A stretch of 64,000 nt of DNA, taken from positions 5,394,001 to 5,458,000 of the forward strand of contig CM060734.1 in NCBI GenBank assembly GCA_030704615.1, written 5' to 3'. Source of the DNA: Takakia lepidozioides. Its lineage: Eukaryota > Plantae > Bryophyta. The position numbers and the translations under genes were made by a program. The stretch's first letter is position 1; the number at the start of each line of letters is the position of its first letter. The notes beneath the pieces are model-generated. The model searched no databases. It saw only the letters and a list, made by a program, of their open reading frames with translations, and had not been told where the DNA came from. Positions 22,836-36,460 of the stretch are shown here, piece after piece.

Positions 22836-25800
22836 CTATCCCAAGCAGTGTGGACACAACCAATCTCCATCAGGAACCTTCTCAAGAGGTGGTGTCAAGC
22901 ATCCCATATGCCAACCCCTTGAGCATCGATCACACACCAGCATGGTGGCTGCCCCTTTGGCAGACCCACAGAGCATGCACCTCAAACCTACAGGTACCAC
23001 TGCCAAGTTTGGGTCAACCTGCCATCGACATTGGGAAGGTGACATGGCGCACAATTACGCACATGGTCCTTCCAAGTCATGCCATCCCGACCCTCCAAGA
23101 TCAGGACCCCTGAGGGCAACACCTCTCAAACCCTCAGAATAACACGCCCTGCAGTAACATCCAGAGTCGTAGGAGCAGTCTGCTGCAAATAAACATAGTC
23201 ACCAGGGCTAAATCTCCGAACCCCAGGACGATATCCTCCACCACGTATAGTGGCATACCTCAACGTATCACGGTGCTGTGCAATGGCAAGGTTCTCAAAA
23301 GCCATGGGCATGACTTTCTTGAACAACTCTGCACGCTGATCACATGCACGTACCCACACGTCCGGATCGTCAAGGTTAAGGACTTGAGCAGTGTCCCTAC
23401 GAATGGCTGCAGGCAAATCCGGCTCTCGGCCAAAGAGAAGGAAATATGGTGAGAAGGAGGCAAGTGATGCTTGTTTGTTGAACCTGTAGCCCATGGCTAA
23501 CCAAGGAACCTGAAGATCCCAATCTCCTAGGTGTCCCTTCTGCAAGCCATACTTGCGCAAACTCCTCTTCACCGTCTAGACGACTCTCTCTGCCAAGCCA
23601 TCAGCCTCGGAATGATCCCGAGAAGTGGTACGATGGTCTATCAAGGCTTTATCACACAAAGCCTGAAACTCCCCCAAGAACTCTCTCCCTTGGTCCGTGA
23701 GTACCTCAGCTGGAGCACCAAATTGGCTAAGCACACGATCCAAGAATGCATACGCAGCCCCCTCACTAGCCTTGTCAGGCAATGGAACCAACTCAATCCA
23801 CTTGGAGAAGTGCTCCACCATCACCAACACATATCTGTGGTGGCGCATAGTCAGTGGCAATGGTCTTGCGAAGTCAAGACTCCACCTGTAGCCCAATCCC
23901 ATGATTGGTAAAGGATGCAACTGTGGTGTAGGGGCGTTGAATGAATCACACACCATGCACCTAGCCATGAACTGTTGCACCTTTGTATGCATACCACGCC
24001 ACCAATACTGCCCCTGCAGTAAACTGTGAGTGCGTCGCACTCCAAAATGCCCCAACTCCTCATGGGCATGCCGCACTAACCGTGCACGCTGTGTGGGGTG
24101 AGGCACAATCCTCACCCGACCATCCTCCCACACTCGAAGTAGGTGTATCCCCTCCCACTTGAACCTCTTGGCTCATTGCAGGATCCGATCCCTCTCCCTG
24201 GCAGTCACAGTGGCTGCCGTATCTCCCGTGCGGAGGTAGCCCAACATAGCCGAATCCTCATGTATATCTCTGGCACCACCTGGCTCATCACTAGCCTCAG
24301 GGTCCTCAGACACTCTGTCTATAGTCATCCTTGTTGTAGGTCCAACCTGACCTCCCGCTGCCAAGATACACAAAAATGCAGATGCATGTCATCCGGGCAC
24401 CATCTCCTCGTCCGTCTCACCATGCCACCGAGCTCCAGTGTCATCCTGCTGGCTCGTGCATGGATTGCGACTCAACCCATCTGCATTGCGATTGACCAAA
24501 CCCGGTCGATGCACCACCTGAAAGTCATACTCTTGAAGGATGAGTGCCCACCGTGCAAGCTTCCCCGTAAGCTTGTCTGACTCCATCAACCACTTGAGTG
24601 GCTGGTGATCCGTGACAAGGGTGAAAAGATTGCCGTATAGATAGCACCTGAAGTGTGCCACGGCCCACACTGCAGCTAAGCACTCTCCCTCATATGAGCT
24701 GTACTTAGCCTCTGCAGCGTTGTTCGAGCGGCTAGCGTAAGCCACTACGAACTCTCTTCCCTCATCATCCACCTATGTGAGCACCGCTCCAAGCCCCAGC
24801 ATGCTCCAATCCGTATGCAGCTGAAAGGGACGCCCCCTGATAGGTCGTCTCAAGATAGGCGCCGAGGTCAACCTCGCCTTGAGCTCTTGAAAAGCTCGTT
24901 CCTGCTCATCTTCCCACTGCCACTCCTGGTCCACCTTGGTCAGCTTGGTTAGAGCCTTTGCAATGGTACTAAATCCCTTGACAAACAGTCTATAATAGTT
25001 TGCCAACCCCATGAAAGCTCGAACTCGGCTCACATCCGTGGGCCGTGGAATTTGTGCAATGGCCTCTACCTTAGTCTGCTGTACCCCCAATCCTCTAGGA
25101 TATATCATGTGACCCAGATACTCAATCTGGTTGTGGAAAAACTTGCACTTCCCCGGATGCAATTTCAATCCGTGCGCTCTCAAGCACTCCAATACCACCT
25201 GAAGGTGTCTCTCATGCTCCTCCATCGTAACACTAAAGATGATGATGTCATCTATGTAGCACCGAGCAAAGTCCACCCCTGCTAGAATCGTATCCATGAC
25301 TCTCTGAAACTCTGCAGGAGCATTCTTAAGCCCAAATGATAAGAACCGCCACTGATATAGGCAATCCTTGCCGTGCTCATTGATCCCCCAGAATGCCGTC
25401 TTCTGCTTGTCCGCCTCCTTGATTGGCAACTGGTGATATCCGGATCGTAAATCCAAAGTGCTAAAGGCCTTAGCATGCCCGATGGCATCAAAGATCTCCT
25501 CTGGTGTTGGCATGGCATACTTATCGGACTTGGTCTGACGATTTACAAGCCGGTAATCACCGCACATACGTCTCTCCGCCCAATTGCCATAGATATCCTT
25601 CTTGGCTGGCATCACTGTGGCTGAAGCATATTCTCCACCAGAGAGCTCCACTAAACCTGCCTCCCAGAGATCTTGAGTCCTCATCTGAATCAAAGACCTT
25701 TCCATGTCACTGTATCTATAGGGTCTCCGAAAGATTGGCGTGTCAGTGGCCAACTCAATACGGATCTCTTGACCCTTCAGTGCTCCCAAGTCCTTCAAAC

Positions 25801-25910
25801 TGAAGGCAAAGCAATTCCTGTAAGCCCTCAGGAACCGCCGTATACATCGTCTCTCTCCTCCGGTGACAATGGGTCCAATGTCAGGCTCCCAATTGTCCTC
25901 CGTCACCACG
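22836..25910 (-). pseudogene. pol: Ty3/Gypsy pol 3' half: RT, RNase H, integrase and C-terminal PHD finger
   Basis: LDLRSGYHQ and CYIDD (RT); HTDWS and YEGECLA (RH); WSLDF, LTDQG and GLAER (INT); C4HC3 PHD CMLC...CDRC...WHMGC...WLCPHC at about 22836-22985. Confidence 0.92.
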
Positions 25911-26829
25911 CGCCTAGGAAGAAGTGGAGTGTATCCCCGCGGATTGGCACCCTTTACCGCGGAAACAACCTGGACGACATAATAAAAGGCAGTGGTCATT
26001 CCCACCTGAAAACAACAGATGAATAAATGATGGATGAATGTACAGTTGGATGATAAACAAATGGATGAGTGTGAAAAATGAATGTAGATGGATGAATGAG
26101 AGATGGATAAGAGTCAAATGGATGAATGTATAATGGATGTTGAGCAATGAAAAACATTCATGACAGGAAGATGCATGACTAAAACTTTAGACGAATGCAC
26201 AACGTATATGACATGAGTGTGGAAGGTTTGTAGGGTGGATTAAAGAGTACAGAGGATAAATGTACAATGGATGTTGAACAAAAGAAAACATTCATGAATG
26301 GAGCACGCATGAATACACTGTAGATGGAAGCACAATGGATATGACAAGAGTGAGGGAGGTTTGTGAGATGGATTCATACATATTGCAATTTAAATGGTAG
26401 TTGATGGTAGTTTTTTCTTTCCAAAGGAACAACTACGGTGGAGGAAGGGGATTCAATGTTTTCCAAAGAGGATGAAACAGAATATTAAAATAACATAGTT
26501 CAGTCTGACTTTGAGTCAGTACAATGTATCCCCACTTCCTCTGCATCTAAGTCTAAGTATTTAAGAACTCCGGATCTATGCTGGCTACACCTACGGCCGG
26601 GCAGTAAAAATTCAGGGGATAGGGACTCGGCCGCGTGAAGTGCCATTGCTTCGGCATAATTAGGAAGCAGAAAATTGGAAAGGGGGCTGTAAAAAACAGA
26701 CTCGCCACAAATGACTGTATCTCCTGAAGATCCATCGCTGCCTTTCCTGAAAGACAGCCTGAAAAAGTTATTACTGTAACTTTGATGTTATTGAGAAATT
26801 GAGTATGACTCCCAAAGTGGGTTTAGCAC

Positions 26830-29800
26830 TTACTCACATGAAAAGTCGTTGTCGACCTGCTTATCTTCGGGATCGTCATCATTTCGTATTTGAATCCGAT
26901 CAGTCTGTGTGCCTGAAGTGGAGCCAGACAAAAGGGGGAGGAGCATTGTGTTGTAGAGGTCAGAATCACCCTCCATGCCAAAAAGGCTTCTTCCGCCTGC
27001 CTTGCATGCATGGTAAGTTGCTCTTGCACCAGACATGAGGACATGAACAGTTTGGTGGGGGGGATTTAAGCAAATGGAACTGGTGAAAGAAAATCAATTC
27101 GGAAGGGAGAGAACGAACCTGTGGACACAGAAAGATCGACCACCCGTGCAGAGTGGTGGCTGCATGACTCCAGCAGTATTTGCATGAACGCTGGGGATTT
27201 TTCCTTTGCACCTCTCTAGGGAGTGTCATCTGGTCTCTTTAGAGTTTGACTGTACTGCATGAAGTTGTACAAAATATCATCGACATGCGGCTCATAGGGG
27301 GGGTTGACGAAACAACCCTGGTCAGAAATCTCAAAGCTGCGGATGGAGGATGGTGTCTTCGAACATCCTCCTCTGCCAAAGATAGCAGGTTAGTGTGGTA
27401 AACACAATCTATAGTGGAAGTGTGTACATCGGCTATTCAGAACTCAGGCACAAAACAATCATTTTTATCACGAATCGGTGATGATCGGTGTCGATCATGA
27501 CAGATTCTTCTAGAGTGGAGCTGCAGAGAACATTGAAACTCATCATGAAAGCACAAGCAAAAGGGAGACAACATACCAGCTGACCAGGGAAACCCCCTTT
27601 CACAAGGTAGAGGCTGTTCACACAATTCCATGTGCGCACAACTTCAAACCCTGAAGACTTCAGGTATGATGCCATTGCCCGACGACTATCTTTGTCACAT
27701 GACTGAAAAAGCAGAAGTGTCCCTACATCAGAGAGGAAATTATTACAGAACCCAACACCCTTTCAGGACCACACGACAGCTCCGGATGTGAATGTCGTCA
27801 ACGCCATTCAAAACATTCCATTCAATGATACTGTAAATACACCCTAATCCACGTGAATGCAAACTCTCGCTTTGGAATGACACAGACATAGAAGTGAATG
27901 TCGTCAACGACATTCACTTTGGATTTGTGAATACACTGCTAATCAAGCCTAATGATTTCTCAAAAGAGGCAAAATCATTGGATGGAAATCAGAAACTCGA
28001 GTAAGGAACCCTCCCCAAAAACTCAATGGACATTCATAACGAACATAACACTGAGGACCTCATAATAACACTGGATGTGAATGGCGTCAACGCCATTCAC
28101 AGAATTACGAACAAGGAACCAATTAATACACCCTTAGCTCCCAATCCATGTAAATTCAAATTGTCGCTGGTGAATGACACAGACATAGAAGTGAATGTCG
28201 TCAACGACATTCACTTTGGATCTCTGATAACACAGCTAATCAAGCCTCAAGATTTCTCGCAAGAGGCAAAAGCAATGCAGAACAACTGAATGTCTGCATT
28301 GACATTCATCAAACTGAAGTGAGGAACTCTCACTGTAAACTCTATGGACATTACAAAAACTTACATAACTCTGAGGACCTCTCAACAACTCTGGATGTGA
28401 ATGTCGTCAACGCCATTCAGGGACATTATCAATTCTAATCAGGGACACTATAATTACACCCTAAGCTCCTAATCCATGTGAATTCAAATTCTCGCTTAAA
28501 AATGACTCAGACAAAGAAGTGAATGTCGTCAACGACATTCAATTTGGATCTATGATTACAATCCTTATGAAGCCAAATTATTTCCCAAAAAGTGCAGTAG
28601 AGTTTCCAGTATGATATTGCACCTGTACACAACTTGCATCATGGCCCACTCTCCTCCAATCTGACTGTCAAAGTCGTTGGACCGTAAAATGTTACCATCT
28701 TTGGAGAACTCCCGGAAAAAACAGTATCTCCAGGTGAGACCTCTCCACTTCCTTATGTATGCCTCCAATGACATTTGGGGAGGGGAAACAATCGAAATGT
28801 TCAAGTCCTTCAAAGTCTGATCCAGCACAATGACGACACGCTTTTCGAGCTGCAAATTGTATATTTGTCAGTATTGCAAATAAGATACTTATCACATAAT
28901 TGAAGAAAAGAAAACGGCTTATTTGAATACACACCTGACTCCAAAATGTAGCCTTGTGGAGCCAGTTATCAAACACCAAATCACTGATTCCTTCCACCTT
29001 TGTGCCAGGCTGTATGGTGCTCTTTGGGAACTGATTCAAGTCCTTTACTGTCTGATCTGAGTTCCATATCTCCAACCACCTTATTTTTGTTTGTGGGTCG
29101 ACCATGGATATGGCCAGCCGGTGCAATTTCTCCTGCTGCATCTCCGGATGCACATGCTTGTCATAGTGAGATTTGATTTGCTGAAGGAACTCAGAACTAA
29201 GTCCAGGATCTACTATTCTAAGCTGCTTTCCAAAGGCGGACATCAATTTGGTTCTTCGCATTTCAAACTCCTTTTTTATTGCTGCTTCCACACCCTTTAA
29301 TGTCCTTAGTTCCTCTGGTGTAGTGCAGTAATATTCGGATTTTCCCTTCTCAGCTGCCTCTGCCAGTTCTCGCTGCATTGATTCAAATAGTGATTAGCAC
29401 CGAAGGGACTACAAACATGTATTCAAAAAGTAAACTGAGTACAGACTCGGGCTTACCGCATACATGTACTCCAGAAACGCCTCTCGAGTCAAAGAATACC
29501 AAGTGCCTGCAGGTCTTTCTGTTTCGCATTTCTTGATTATTTTGGGGGGGAGTACTGTCCGAAAATCATCCAGCTTCATCAGACCAATCCTCTGAATTCG
29601 GAATAGTGTGTGGACCAAGCTTGTTGTCACATGCGATTTCTCTGTCGATCTGCAAAAACATTGGAAACATTGCATTCCTTAACACTGTTTTTTGGGGATT
29701 AACAAGACACTACAGAGGGAATGAAATCTCTAGGATGACTTACTTGTTCACGTCGTGCATAGCTGTAAGAAGCCTAGCGATGTCGTTTCCTGGATCCAAA

Positions 29801-31626
29801 ACCATTGCCTCCACAGTAACATGCTTGTCTTTGTCTTTCGCATGGTGTTTCTGGATGTATCCCATCCATGCCAACAATTGGTGGTTGCCATCCTAGACGT
29901 AGAACATGTGGTTGCAGAGTTGCTGGGTGTTCTTTCCCATCATGAGGCCCAGCTCGAACTCCTCATTGGCATCTTTCCAGCACTCATCCCAGGTATCATT
30001 GATCTCTGGAGACACTAATGTGCTTTTCCCATTTATATCCGTCAGTGACACATAAAAAACTTGTGCACCAAGTCTGTATCCATGCACGAAATCACTCTCC
30101 AATTTTGTTATGTCATAGGAAAGAGGTGGACGCACAACAGGCATAGATATCATCCGGCACAGAGGGATGTCCAGACGCCCTCCAGATACGAGCATGTCCC
30201 TTATAACCTCCTGAGAGTTTACCTTCAGGAATGACATGAGTTCTTTCACCTTGTCAAGGTAGTGCACTTCATATTCATCTGCTTCATCGTTATTCTCTGA
30301 GCTTTTTCCAGCCTCGTCCCCATCTCCAGATCCTTTCCCCTCTGATCCTGTAGGCTTGGACCTCACAGTTTTCTGCACGATGCCATTCAAATCTGACTGA
30401 GTAATGTGCAAATAGTGAACGACGGTAACGACCATCGCTCTGTCTCGACGAAACTCACAATGAATGGTGTGAAACAAATTCAGAACCAACTACACAAGCA
30501 AAGCTGATCTTGCCGAATTCAAAACAAAAGCGAGAGCGATAGCGAATGGCGTTAACGACAATCACAAAAGACAAGGACCTGCCGGATCGGTGTTGTGTAA
30601 TGACATATATGTGTAAGTGATTGGCGGCAACGACATTCAGTATAGTTTAGGGCGGACAGTAAGTGCAGATTATTTAGATTGACTCCATTGTGATTACCGT
30701 CGCAAGCATTCACGGTTTCCTGTCTATGTTGAGAGTACTTTCCAATCAATACTCTACCTGAATCTACAGTATGGTCTTCAAATCTTTGATTGGCGGTACC
30801 GCCTTTCCACTTCTCTATCTATTCAACCTCATACAAAGAAAATGCATTGCAATACATTATGACTGAATATGCCGACCCTCACTCTCTCTTCAAACACATA
30901 GGTAAATAAATCTCATGAGGAGAATCGAATGGCGTTAACGACGCTCGCAATTCAGTAGACTTCAATCACATGTTCCTGCTAAAGAAAGGAAGAGGAAGGA
31001 CTGCTTGAAAGGCAATCAGACAAACTGTATGATCTGAACAACGGTGAATGACGGTACCGTCAGTCACCCACTCATTGTGCGGTAAACCCTTAACAGAGGA
31101 GTAGAAAGCAAATCACCGTTGTTTCGTGGTGATGGTCGGTAGCGACAATCCCTTTCTGGGACATTCCACTCAATCTCTACGCAGATCTTCAACAATGAAA
31201 TGTAAGTTAGAGAAAACTTACTGGCACCTTCTTAGGTTTTGAAATTGGATCCCCTTCTGCAGCTTTCCTCTTCCCTCTCACATCTGCTGGAATTTCTGTC
31301 TGCTCTAGGGTTTCTAGACCTTCTCCCGGTTCAGCGTTCCTCGTACTTCCACCTCTTTCAGTTTCCCTGCGAGTCAACTCTGCATCCACAGGCTGGTTTC
31401 CAACGTGCACTGTTATCGCCGACTGTGTCACAGCCGCTGCCTCAGTCTCGGTCTGCTCTTGTGAATCAGTCTCCGCGTTCACCTGCTGCCTTGGCCCTGT
31501 GTTCTCCAACAAACGACACCTCGTCATTTGCTCTCTTGCTCTGCGTCTCTCTCTAAGGGAAGTAAAATAAAGAGACTTTCTTCTCTTTCGTATTGTAGAA
31601 GGAACCCTCTCCAGCTTGACTACCAC
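26830..31626 (-). pseudogene. Spliced accessory gene: ParB/Srx-like domain plus C-terminal beta-class amino-(N4C/N6A) DNA methyltransferase-like domain
   Basis: MFYV*DGNHQLLAW at about 29865-29905 (ParB DGxHR-like); FLSDVGTLLLF...GFEVVRTW at about 27625-27745; EKSPAFMQILLESCS..ARVVDLSVSTG/ATYHACKAGGRSLFGMEGD..Y at about 26950-27210. The catalytic DPPY-type motif was not found. Confidence 0.6.
27785..28545. repeat. About 300-bp tandem repeat (3 units), each with two 20-bp palindromes GAATGKCGT-CA-ACGMCATTC
   Basis: Palindromes at 27790, 27896, 28079, 28193, 28399 and 28521. Confidence 0.85.
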
Positions 31627-32383
31627 TCTCCCTCTAAGCGCGAAAAGTAGAAAAACAAAATGACTCCCAATTTCTTGCGGGATTGCGTGCGTTGTTGCTT
31701 GTCTCTAGAAGCATCGGATTCCCTCGCGCGTGACCGTTACACATAGTCGTTCCCTTATTAGTGCACATGCCATCAATTAGTGTACAGCTGTTCGTATTCA
31801 GTTATCGATGTCTAACGTGTGTCGCCCAAAATAAACGGCGTGTTCTTTATTAGAACGGTTTCAATATTTAAAAATAACAGCGAATCCCATAAATCTTGGC
31901 GCACAGTCTTAGACAAATATATGTAAATGAACGAGAGTTTGATGACAAATTTTGGGATATCATACACGGTCATCCTTGTTAGCCAACCCCACGTTCGTTT
32001 CACATTTTGAACTTTCCAGGTGCGCATGATCATTGGTAGTAGTATAAAGATACATTTACTTAATCTGCAATCCCACCCTCAGATCCTGTGGCATGCTTCC
32101 AGGAAGTCGGCTTGTTATTGTGTTTATTGATGAGGTTTTGATTAACGGTTTAACAGCTGCCGACATTGCTCCTAGGGATACTCTGACCACTGGGCCCACA
32201 AGAAAAGTAATTAAAATGGACGGCTGCATATCTGGAAGGAATAATAGAATATGCACAGTCGTCGTCTGAGCTTCCTCCGCCATATTCTCTGCTCATTCTT
32301 CAACTGTGTTCTGGAGACATCAGTAAACCAATTTACACTGAAGGTCTGCGATAGCAAGGTATCAACGTACGCGAGGAAGGAAG

Positions 32384-35300
32384 ATGGCTTCCTCTGAAGC
32401 GGAGTTCTTCTCTAACGACAAACCAGTGCCGTTCTCCCAAGAAGTCCTTGACAATGGATTTGCAATTGTTCTGGAACATGTCTTGGCTACCCGTTTTCAG
32501 CTTCAGAATGGCTCCATCTTTTTGGAGAAAGAGGTGTACGATTTGAAAGGGAAGTTGTTGAAATACTCTTTCCAAAACCGTGATGAGACGGCTCATATCA
32601 GCCAGTGGAGAGTGCGCCCTGGTCGATACAGAGTACTTGGAGAGCCTCGGCAAAAGTCCCTTGGGTCATATGTGACGCCCGGGACTGCTGCTTCGGTCGT
32701 TGAAGACAAGAGGGAGGTGGTGGTAAAAAAAGAACAGACATCCTCCACTCCAATCGTTGAGCTTTCGGATTCGTCCGATGATGACATAAGTGAAATTCCA
32801 AATCCAGTCCTTCCTACTGTGGTTGGAGAAGCTGATGAAGAAGAGATTTGTAGTGTCATTCCAAAATTACGGGCGATGGAAGGAATGGCTGGATTCAAAA
32901 GTGAGTTGCGAGGAATTGATTGGGAATCTTTGAAGCAAGTGCCTGTGAAGTTCTTGCCAGAGACTTTTGATGGCGATATCCTATTCGAGCTGCCTCCTCC
33001 TCCGCGAGTTGGAGGTGTAACAATCATGATGCATGGAATGGACAAGAAACACGACGGGCACCCGTGGTGCAGAACAAAAACATCCAATATTCAGAATGAT
33101 GACAAGTTTGTTTTCAGGAGAACAGTTTGCAATGGACACCTTAGGTGTGATAATTTGAATTGCAGACATTTTCTTCAGTCTGGGGTTCATAATCAAAGCA
33201 AATGGGAGGGTCTGGCGGAAAATCCATTTCAGCCTGGGACTGCCCCACCACCGGCAAACACTTTCGTTTGCAAATTCTGCAAACTTGTGCCATCCTGCTT
33301 GGCGCTCTGCGAAGCAAGAATGTACTATGTTGTCCACCGTTTGAAACAATGACAAGAGCTTGTGTGCATTTCGGATTCCATAACCATCCTGTCTCGAAGG
33401 GGGATTACAGGGAGAGTATTGAGACAATATCGAGGTTGATTAAACAGGAGTTTGGGAGAAACCCATCCGCAACAACATCTGCAATTGCTCTTGGCGCAAG
33501 CAAGTCCTTATTGGAAAGCCATATTTTGAGTGAAGGGGATTCTGTGGGGACTAAACTTGACGGTGTAGCATTGGACCTGGTCATGGATCATTTCTCCACT
33601 TTGAGTTCACCTAACATTCGACATCAGATCAATGCATTAAGAATGGGCTCTGGTATCAGAGGCTACATAGACAACATTTTGGAGTTGAAACGAGTGAGCA
33701 AGTACGATTACATCCAGGACAATGTATTCCCAAGTCAAGGTGCCATCAAAGTTTTTCTTTTCAAAATGTCGACTGTTGGGGAGGGCAGTGGGGTTAGCTT
33801 CGTGAAGCGGATGCAGAAGACTGGGGACTTGCAGAACTGTTTTCTTATGTTTGATCATGTGAAACGAGTGAAGGATTGGACGACAATGGCTTGTCATGTC
33901 TACGATCCAGTGTACCAACGAGTTATGACAATTGCAGTTTGTGACATGCAATCCGAGGATACGGAATCCCAGAAGCTCATGTGGAATTCCCCGATACGTG
34001 TCATGGGCTGCCATCTCCAAATTTCGCAGGTTTCATGGCGGATAGTGCTCAAGCAAATTTCAATGCTGTTCGTATTGTCTTCGGATCGGGCGACCCAAAA
34101 GTGCCAATGCGAGGAAGAGAGCGTACATGTCTATTCCATTGGACACAATCTCTCGAAAAACATGCAAAGTCGGACATCAAACCAGAGATGCAGACTCAGC
34201 ATCGTAAATTGTGCAAAGAGTACAAAGATGCTAGAACAATGAAGGAGGCGGACACTTTGTTCCAGACAATTTGTGCCTGGTGGTTCTCTTCTGGAGCTGC
34301 ATCACTTGAGAGTATGAGAGCATTGGAAGATTGGCTAGCATTTTGGCACTTCCGGTATAGACAGTGGGGAGCAGCCATGCCAGTGGTACGAGGCTTATAT
34401 TTCTTGCTTGATTCATACATTTACTTTCCATTTTATTGTGTCCTCGCTTTCTTTATGTTGTTTTCTGTTCACTGTTTTGAAGTGTGGTTCTCCACTTTGC
34501 AGAACATGTCCATTGAGGAAATGGCGGACATGCCATCTTGCAATTTGGCAGAAACTGTGCACAACGCATGGTTGCAACAGTCTGGGAAACGAGGTCGGGA
34601 TTTGTATGTGGCAACAACAGATGATTTGATACGTGCCTTGCAACAACAAACCCGATACCGTGATTTCTTACGAGGTGGGGTTGGTGGCAAGGGTCCGGAC
34701 AAATGGGAGTTGATGTTGCGTGCTGCAAACAGATATGGGGATCCAATCAAGATAGCATGGGCGGTGAGCATGTATGCCCAGGGAACGCCACTTGTTTCTA
34801 GAGTTCCACATCTTGAAGGGGATGAGAGATTCGGCTCCTGTAAGAGGAAATTGAACACTCCACCTGGTTCGGATTCCGATTCGCACATGGCAGACCGTGA
34901 TAACTTCTCGAAGCCTCGTGTTCCCCTGCATGACAACTCCATGTCCGGAACCTCCATTGTGGAGGAACCTCCAACACAACGGCAAGCTCCAGCATCAAAC
35001 AGTGCCACTGAAATGGTGCAGGAGAGAAACAACCCCCTTGATGTGCTTGAGTCCGCATGCCCCGACCACGTTTGGCACATAGAACGCACAAGTGTAGGGT
35101 CTCGTGTGAAATGTACAGCGATCAGGGCAACTAATTTCGAGAAGTGCACTTCATCTATATCCAGAGGTGGTGCCCGAACTCCTGCTCCGACTTTCACGGG
35201 TTTGATGCGTCCATACGGTCAACCAGAAGCCAAGAACCACAAGTTCTGGTTCTGCGTAGATGATTGTGCCAGATGTGTGCATGGAACTGTGCATCCTTCC

Positions 35301-35863
35301 GTAGTGATGAAGCCATCTCCTCCAACCGTTTGGCCCGTGAAGGTGGGAACACATCTCAGATTTCAGGAGATTGAAATGCTGGAAGAGGCAGGTTTTTCCC
35401 TTGCGAGACCACCCCACTCCATGCATGTGCTACTACTTCTGCGTCCTCCCGGGTCCCCCCGGCAAATCCTGACTTGTGGCCAACCAAACGAGATGGAAAG
35501 CTCGTTCGGCATTTCCCTCCAACCGCTGACTTTGGCAAAGTGGAGTCTGCAAGAATGCTCCAAGCTCGTGTTGGAAGCACCACGAAAGTACCCGATCCAG
35601 GATATGGTCGGGTATTCACAATCATCACTTCCACATCTGCTGTTCATGACAGGACCTACGACATCACGGTTTCCAATTTCCCCAATTGCACATGTCCTGA
35701 TTTTGTGAATATGCTATCAACCAGTTTGGGCAAGAGAGATAAATTCATACCCTGCAAACATTTGTATTTCATATTTTTGAAGAGGATGGTTTGCGATCCC
35801 AAACGTGACAACTTCATTCACCAGGCCACTATGAGTTTCAACGAGGTCGATACTCTATTGTAG
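32384..35863 (+). pseudogene. MULE-family DDE transposase with N-terminal GCM/WRKY-like zinc domain and C-terminal SWIM finger (frameshifted; likely intron 34387-34503)
   Basis: CNGHLRC..C...CKFC...HNHP; FLMFDHVKR (D1); FMADSAQA (D2); CLFHW (CxxH); NLAETVHN (E); CTCPDF...CKHLY (SWIM). Confidence 0.8.
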
Positions 35864-36460
35864 CGAGATACAACACATGGGTAGCATCAACTATGCAATG
35901 TGGTATGTGGACGACCATGATTTGAAATGTGTAATTCACATCAATTCGTCGGCGGTGCAATGATATGGCCTCCAACTATACGGAGTGAGCTCTGAGTGGC
36001 AACTTTTAAAAACACATTTGTCATTGCACCGTTCGAAGTCTACATGTCTTGCTGTCGCTATGCACTACAATCATCTTTTGAAGATGATCCTAACTCTCAT
36101 TGTTATTTGAGGAGGGAGGAAGGTCTTCCCGTGGCAGCCTCTATGGCGCACACTTTGTGAGGATATTTTCTCGTCCTCGTAATTGTAAAAGTGAAACAAG
36201 CATTTGTAATTGCACAATGTTGGATGCTACAATTGTAGGCCTCATGGTAGTCTTGATTCTATTTAGGCAAGATTCCCTGCATTAATTCCACGGTCATAAG
36301 ACCATCCTCGGTTATAGGCGGCGCATGTTAATGCTGACATGGCAGATGACGGACAGTGCCACGTCATCATTTGCCGCCACATCAGCATGCTGACACGACG
36401 CTCACGCCACGTCACTCCTGCGTGAGCGTACGCTCGCGCACTCACGCCATTGCGTCGTTG

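Larger units (their letters stand above)
25911..36460. mobile_element. Large MULE-like DNA transposon relic (transposase plus divergent accessory gene); termini not recognisable
   Basis: Replaces Gypsy coding sequence at both junctions and contains the two genes listed below. No TIR or TSD found, so boundaries are approximate. Confidence 0.7.

Noticed and set aside
27785-28545. CRISPR-like array of palindromic repeats
   Set aside because: The spacers are long, alternate in length and are homologous to each other; the context is eukaryotic and there are no cas genes.
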